A stretch of DNA of 64,000 nt from Guillardia theta CCMP2712 (lineage: Eukaryota; Protista; Cryptophyta). Each line of letters begins with the position of its first letter. The first letter of the stretch is position 1. Position numbers and translations under genes: made by a program. Positions 59,009 to 64,000 of this stretch are shown here, piece by piece. Location of the stretch: the NCBI RefSeq assembly GCF_000315625.1, contig NW_005434673.1, forward strand, positions 529,792 to 593,791, read 5' to 3'. The notes under the pieces were generated by a model. The model was not told the DNA's origin, ran no database searches, and saw nothing but the letters and a program-made list of their open reading frames with translations.

Positions 59009-59541
59009 TCATCACCTCCTCCACCACCTTCTCCTCCTTCTTCCACCTTCCCTCCGGCCCTCTCCCCCAATCCCTCCACCTCTCTTCACCTTAGTACCCC
59101 AGACCGACATCCGCGCACCATACTCGTTCAGCGCATGTTCCCAGTCGTCGTACGATCCCTCAGCCCACAACTCGCACCCTCGCCACGCTCCCTCCAGATC
59201 CTTTGCGATCATCTTCCTCGCAGCCTCTGCCAGGCTGGTGACCTCAACCACTCCAGGGTCTTCACGGAAGACTCCTTCCTCCCGCCCAACATCTCCTGCA
59301 CGGTTGAGTCCTCTCTGAATCCCCTCCTCGTCCCCTTCCTCGTCCTCTTCCTCTTCCTCTTCCTCCTCGTCCTCCTCCCCCTCCTCGTCCACTGCACCCC
59401 CGCCGTTGCCTGGTCCACTTGAGCTCCCTTCTGCTGCTTCAGAAATGAAATCGACTTCAGCCGCTGCGGGGTTTTCTTGACTTCCTCCCAGTCAACCGAT
59501 GCCTCGGACGGATCTTCCTGCGGCTGGTTCAAGAGGTTCCA

Positions 59542-59610
<69 letters not shown>

Positions 59611-60048
59611 TACCTCCTCCTGCTCCTCCTGCTCCCTTCCTCCTGCTCCTCCTCCCTTGATGGCGACGTATCTAACTTCTTCCCGAGTACGTCCTTGACC
59701 CGCTCGACGGATTTCTGCAGCTGATTCATAAGGTTCTCATCGATCTCTTGCGAATGGTTGCCCCAAATATCCTCCGCCTTGGATGGCAACACGCCTGAAT
59801 CATCCGGGGAGGAGGAGTAGGAGATGAAGTTGTCGAACATGTCCACATCGGACGCAGGTCCTGTGTAGAACGACTGTGCCTGCACTGTTCTCGACAAGGT
59901 AGGAGACCTGACGGAGTGCTTGCTCATGCTCGAGGTGCGCATCGTGATATCGTCGTCGAAGGTCATCGAGTGCTGGAGCAAGAGGCACAGCACCAGACAC
60001 CGGCACAAGCCCCTGAGTCTCGACGACCGACCGTTCCGATGTCGCATG
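54855..60048 (-). CDS. Large multi-exon hypothetical protein(s) with signal-peptide-like N-terminus; spans an N gap
   Basis: MRHRNGRSSRLRGLCRCLVLCLLLQHS...; coding-like exons (WRGCELWAEGSYDDWEHALNEYGARMSVW, EVMKLDEWWYTRGFF, LNRLQVVNQVKDCWFNP) between microsatellite-rich introns. Confidence 0.45.
57345..57444. other. Assembly gap (100 N)
   Basis: Run of N inside a (CCT)n tract. Confidence 1.
58876..59030. repeat. Compound (ATC)n-(ACC)n-(ATC)n microsatellite
   Basis: Direct inspection. Confidence 0.95.
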
Positions 60049-60183
60049 GCTTGTTCGTGCCTGGTCGCTTCTACCTGCCCGTCAGCATTGCGGTGACCTC
60101 GGATCGTCCCAGCTTCTCCTTCTCCCCGCCATCTCCCCGCCATCTCCCTTTCCCCTTGTCTTCGCGCGCTCTCGCCCCGACAT

Positions 60184-60240
60184 GGTGAGATCTGTGGTGA
60201 GATCTGTGGTGAGATACTGGGTGAGATCTGGGGTGAGATA
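60184..60240. repeat. 12-bp tandem repeat GGTGAGATCTGT, ~5 copies
   Basis: Direct inspection. Confidence 0.85.
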
Positions 60241-60364
60241 TCCTGATGATTTGGGAATGAGGGGGATGAATCAAACGCCGGCCCCGGGCCGCGGCGCCGC
60301 CCGGCGGCCGGCCGGGGGTGACCGTGATGAAGGCTGAGTGTCGGATTGAACTTGAGTCTGTATT

Positions 60365-60685
60365 GGCCTCCCTGTCCTACGCTGCCATCATCGCGGGTGC
60401 ATCCCGGTATGCGTCTCATTCCTTCGGCGGCGGCCACCGCGACATCGCTGGCATGGCCGCGCGGGGGAATTCAGTGTCCTGCCCGCACACCGGCGCGGCA
60501 GTTAACTTAAGTCACAGTGAAGGTATCAGTTAAGTTTGGGGGACAGCAGTCGGCAGGATTAGGTTTGGTTCTCGCTGTCTTTCTCTTCTCGCCGTTTGGC
60601 CTGTGCGACAGTGTCAGGGTCAAGCCTCCTCGTCTCTCAGCATTCAAGTACTGATTTTTAACTTACTGTGACTTGAAGTAAAAAA
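60365..60685 (+). mobile_element. Second, shorter copy of the non-LTR element 3' end
   Basis: Reverse complement of ~38056-38346; encodes ASLSYAAIIAGASRYASHSFGGGHRDIAGMAARG and the same 3' non-coding tail. Confidence 0.85.
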
Positions 60686-63420
60686 GGTTCCGTTTTCTGA
60701 CTTGGCAAGTTGAGTCAGTGCTGATCAAGTGTCCCGTCAGTGCAACCCACCACCAGCCTCAGGCTGGCAGGCCCGGATAGTAGGGCCCGCAGCGGGCCGC
60801 CGGCGGTCACACCGGGCCCGGGGTCACGCCGCCGGTCCGTCGCCGGCCCGCTCCGGGCCCGGCGGGCACGGCCGTGATGCTAGGCGCTAATAGCACCCCA
60901 CCCCCAGCTTTACATAGTTCCAGTGCATTTCAGCACGGGTAGACCAGTACTTGACTATAGTCAAGTTGACAGGGTAAGTTTGACTACAAAGTTTCCACCT
61001 CTCAATCACTACCCCTGTGACACAAGAAAATTTCAAAGGATGGGGGTGGTAATCAAATAATCCTATAGTTGTACCGGTACTTCTAATATATACAATGGTG
61101 GTGTATTGTATGGTGAAATGCTTGTGAGGGGTGTAGGGGGTCAATGCGGGAGTTGAAACATAAAATGGAGGTAGGGGTACTGTTTGTTGACTACAAAGGT
61201 TGCTAAGAGGCTGTGCGCATGGCGGCAGGACACAACAAGGCCGAGGGCGGCAGGGAAGCGGGAGGGAAGGAGGAGAAGGTTAGGAAGAAGTAGCTCAGAT
61301 CAGAGAAAGAGGTGAAGCGGAGCAGAGAAGCGCATTGTTGAGACGTCTTTACGAGGACTACTGTTGCTTTTCAGCTGTTGGAGGTTCTTGGGAAACGGCA
61401 GGAGGAACAGGAAGAAGGGGCTCATCAGACGAAAGAAGCAAGCATCATCTTGAGCTCAGTCCTTGCAGCAACACCATAGCAGGACGGTGAAAGAAAGCTC
61501 GGATCCTTATCAAAGCTGCTTGCCAACGTTGAAAGATCCGTTGATCAATCACGACGATATGATGGGTGTGGATACTCTAATCCAAGTTATTTTGCTGGGA
61601 TTAGTCTGCATGGTAAGACGTGATTTGACTTGCGCCTTCTATTATGTGATGTGGCATATACTGCACAAGAAATGATCTCAACCTTTCTTGCCGTGCCAGC
61701 AGGACCTAATAAAATTGTGTTTCACAGGTCACCATCAGGGGAGTCTACGACGCGCTGACCGCCTCATTCTTCTTAACAACAGGGACCATGATACGTGAGT
61801 GGTGCTTCATGGTGTCGATCGTTCTGCTGACTTGTTCTTGTGTCAGTGACTGGCGGTGATGTTGTAGAAATGGGGTTGCAGGTAGCGCATTCCCTTTTCT
61901 GCAACCCGTGGGGTTGTTCTGATACACAGTTGCATGCACAGTGTGTCGCATTACTGGCATGCTTGTTTTGCATACTTCGATTACAGGTCTCTGATCTCCG
62001 AACGATGTCTTCCCTCTCATGCTCCTGCGCCGCCAGGGTGTGCCGTCCAACCTGCTGAATAGCCGCAAGAGCTCCTGCTGTGACAGTGGAGAGGTAGCCC
62101 TGGACGGTTCGATGTGTTGCGTGTGCTCATGGTTGCGATCAGGAGGAGGAGATGGATCAGGAAGAGTTTGAGAGCTCCATCTGCTTCAGGGGAGTCAGGA
62201 ACCCATGCTCAGTATGCGGGTGCAAGAGGAGCGGAGGCGTCCGGGGAGAAACCAAGAGCGATGTGCTCGATCAGCATGACAACGATCAGGTTGGCCCCGC
62301 AGTCTAAGGCAGGCAGGTTGATCTCTGAGTGGGATGGTAGATCTGGAGAGAATGCTTGTGGAATATGCTGCGAGAGATTGACTCGGATACGGTGAGTGGC
62401 TGCCTGGTCTGGCGCTCTTGGGGTTAACCTGCCCACAGACGTTGAAAGTGAGAGGCAAAGCGGGAGGCAATGGTGTGTGCTTGTTCATCGTCGTTGTTGC
62501 CAACAAACCAGGTTGTTGCTGATGGTGCATGATGAAAGGAACCTCGTCGTCCTTCAATCCGAACAAGCAAATCTGGTATGTCGCCAGCGAGTGAATGACT
62601 ATCCGATTTGCTAAGTGATATTCGACAGGAATGGAGATCAAGCGGGGGAACACAAAAGTGATTTGCTTTCGGAGCGATGGATTTCTGTCATGTTGTCTGA
62701 AGTGTTGTCCAGGTGCGGGTTCAAACACCAAGACATGTAAGGGGGCATTGTTCAGGAAGTTTAGCTTGTGGAAGGTGAGGTTTGAATTCGTGACGTTCTT
62801 GGGATCACCGCGCCCTTCTCCCAGAGAGAAAACGAGAATGCAGGGAGATTTCCATCGCTGCCTTCGTTCAATGTGAGATTCCTGTGTGCGTGTTTGCATC
62901 TTGGTATCGACATCACCTGCAGGGCGAAGGCTGCGAGAAGCTTACTGGAGGCGGGAGGCAGCCAGGGTGGACTGGTTCCTCTCATGGTATTCCTACAAGG
63001 CACCCTCCACAAGTACACGTGGTGAACACGCCGCAGGCGCAAGCAACTTTGGAGAGCGCTGATGGCGACGGAGTCACAACGGCATGCCTTCAATGTAAGC
63101 TGGAGGAAATTCAGGGCTCTCGACCCTTGGCACAAGCTCACTCTGCCTACCGCCTGATTCTACATGCAGATCCATGAGATGGAAGGGAATAGAAACGGGG
63201 ACCATGGGAAGAAAGCGAATGGCAAAGGGAGGGCTGTGAAAGGTCGACTCAAGGTGTTTATTGCTGCCCTAGTGACTAATTTGCAGGTCATGCTGGTTCA
63301 ATAGATCTGTGTGAAATAGTGGGTAGACTGATCCACCAGAAAGCGTTATGTCAGAAATCTGGCAGGAAGGTCAAGGGCGGGTTATAAAGCGAACTCTCAA
63401 TCAGCAACTCTCTATCGCAG

Positions 63421-63496
63421 TCTCAACCCCCGTCCTCTCAAACCCCGTCCTCTCAAACCCCGTCCTCTCAAACCCCGTCCTCTCAAACCCCGTCCT
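63421..63496. repeat. 15-bp tandem repeat CTCAAACCCCGTCCT, ~5 copies
   Basis: Direct inspection. Confidence 0.9.
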
Positions 63497-63954
63497 GCCT
63501 GCGTGTCTCTCTCACTCGAATCCTTCTTTTCGATCCCCACTTTCCCTCTCCCTCTCCGCCTGTTGTCCTGACATATTTTGTTTACCTTCTTGGACTGTCG
63601 ATACTCAAATATGTTGCTCATAAACACTCTCCCACTGCTTCAACCCAGTCTCATCCCTACCTCTGCCATCCCTTTCACGTCAAGTTCCTTCGCAACTACC
63701 TCCTCGTCTGTGACAATCGCACTCTTGCCAGCCTTGCTGTATCTTGTCCCTTCGTACTACATAATGCCGTTTCATTTCACCACTCTTGTCTCAAGTATTT
63801 CTTGTTCCAACAAAATTGATTCGTCCTTCTCATTTCCTTCCCCTCGATTCTTACTCTCTGCGACCTAGCTTCTCTCCCTTCCGTGGGTCACATTCCATTC
63901 ACTGCCAGTCATCTTTCCAGCTTGCGTTTTGCCGAGTAATGGTCAGTGACTTGT

Positions 63955-64000
63955 TCCCTCCCCTCCCTCCCTCCCTCCCTCCCTCCCTCCCTCCCTCCCT
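63955..64000. repeat. (CCCT)n microsatellite
   Basis: Direct inspection; runs to the window end. Confidence 0.95.

Noticed and set aside
61745-63180. Cys-rich fragments (CGICCERL, HSLFCNPWGC, CLKCCPG) suggesting a RING/IBR ligase relic
   Set aside because: No consistent frame or ligand spacing could be assembled by eye.
63421-64000. Telomere-like repeats
   Set aside because: The 15-bp unit and (CCCT)n match no telomere repeat I can support, and similar microsatellites occur throughout the window.
1-64000. tRNA/rRNA genes
   Set aside because: None recognised by eye; tRNAscan-SE or Infernal would be needed to exclude them.

Overview
Intron-rich eukaryotic nuclear DNA with short GT-AG introns, microsatellite-filled longer introns and two 100-N gaps. 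Gene content (RWP-RK, EsV-1-7 repeats, signal peptide + LRGG leaders, Crinkler-like relic) suggests an alga with a complex red plastid, most likely a cryptophyte; this is inference. Recognisable genes: ankyrin-repeat protein, OPR-like helical-repeat protein, SPRRY-repeat protein, EsV-1-7 protein, permuted-papain-like protein, THOC3, MESD-like chaperone, MSH6, RluA/RluD pseudouridine synthase, two RWP-RK genes, two tandem type II membrane collagen-like genes, a tetraspanin-like gene, a GT92-like glycosyltransferase and an F-box/LRR protein. Best leads: (1) a compact collagen-collagen-tetraspanin-glycosyltransferase cell-surface cluster at 43.7-51.2 kb; (2) a 4.5-kb foldback-like block whose ~0.9-kb inverted arms each carry a full RWP-RK gene; (3) GC-rich intergenic islands where duplicated sequences diverge by short, often palindromic micro-insertions; (4) ubiquitin-tail-like LRGG motifs after signal peptides; (5) a Crinkler-type nuclease relic interrupted by an 11 x 31-bp expansion of its putative catalytic motif. 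Exon structures were read by eye, so multi-exon boundaries are approximate. Family assignments come from motif recognition, not database searches.
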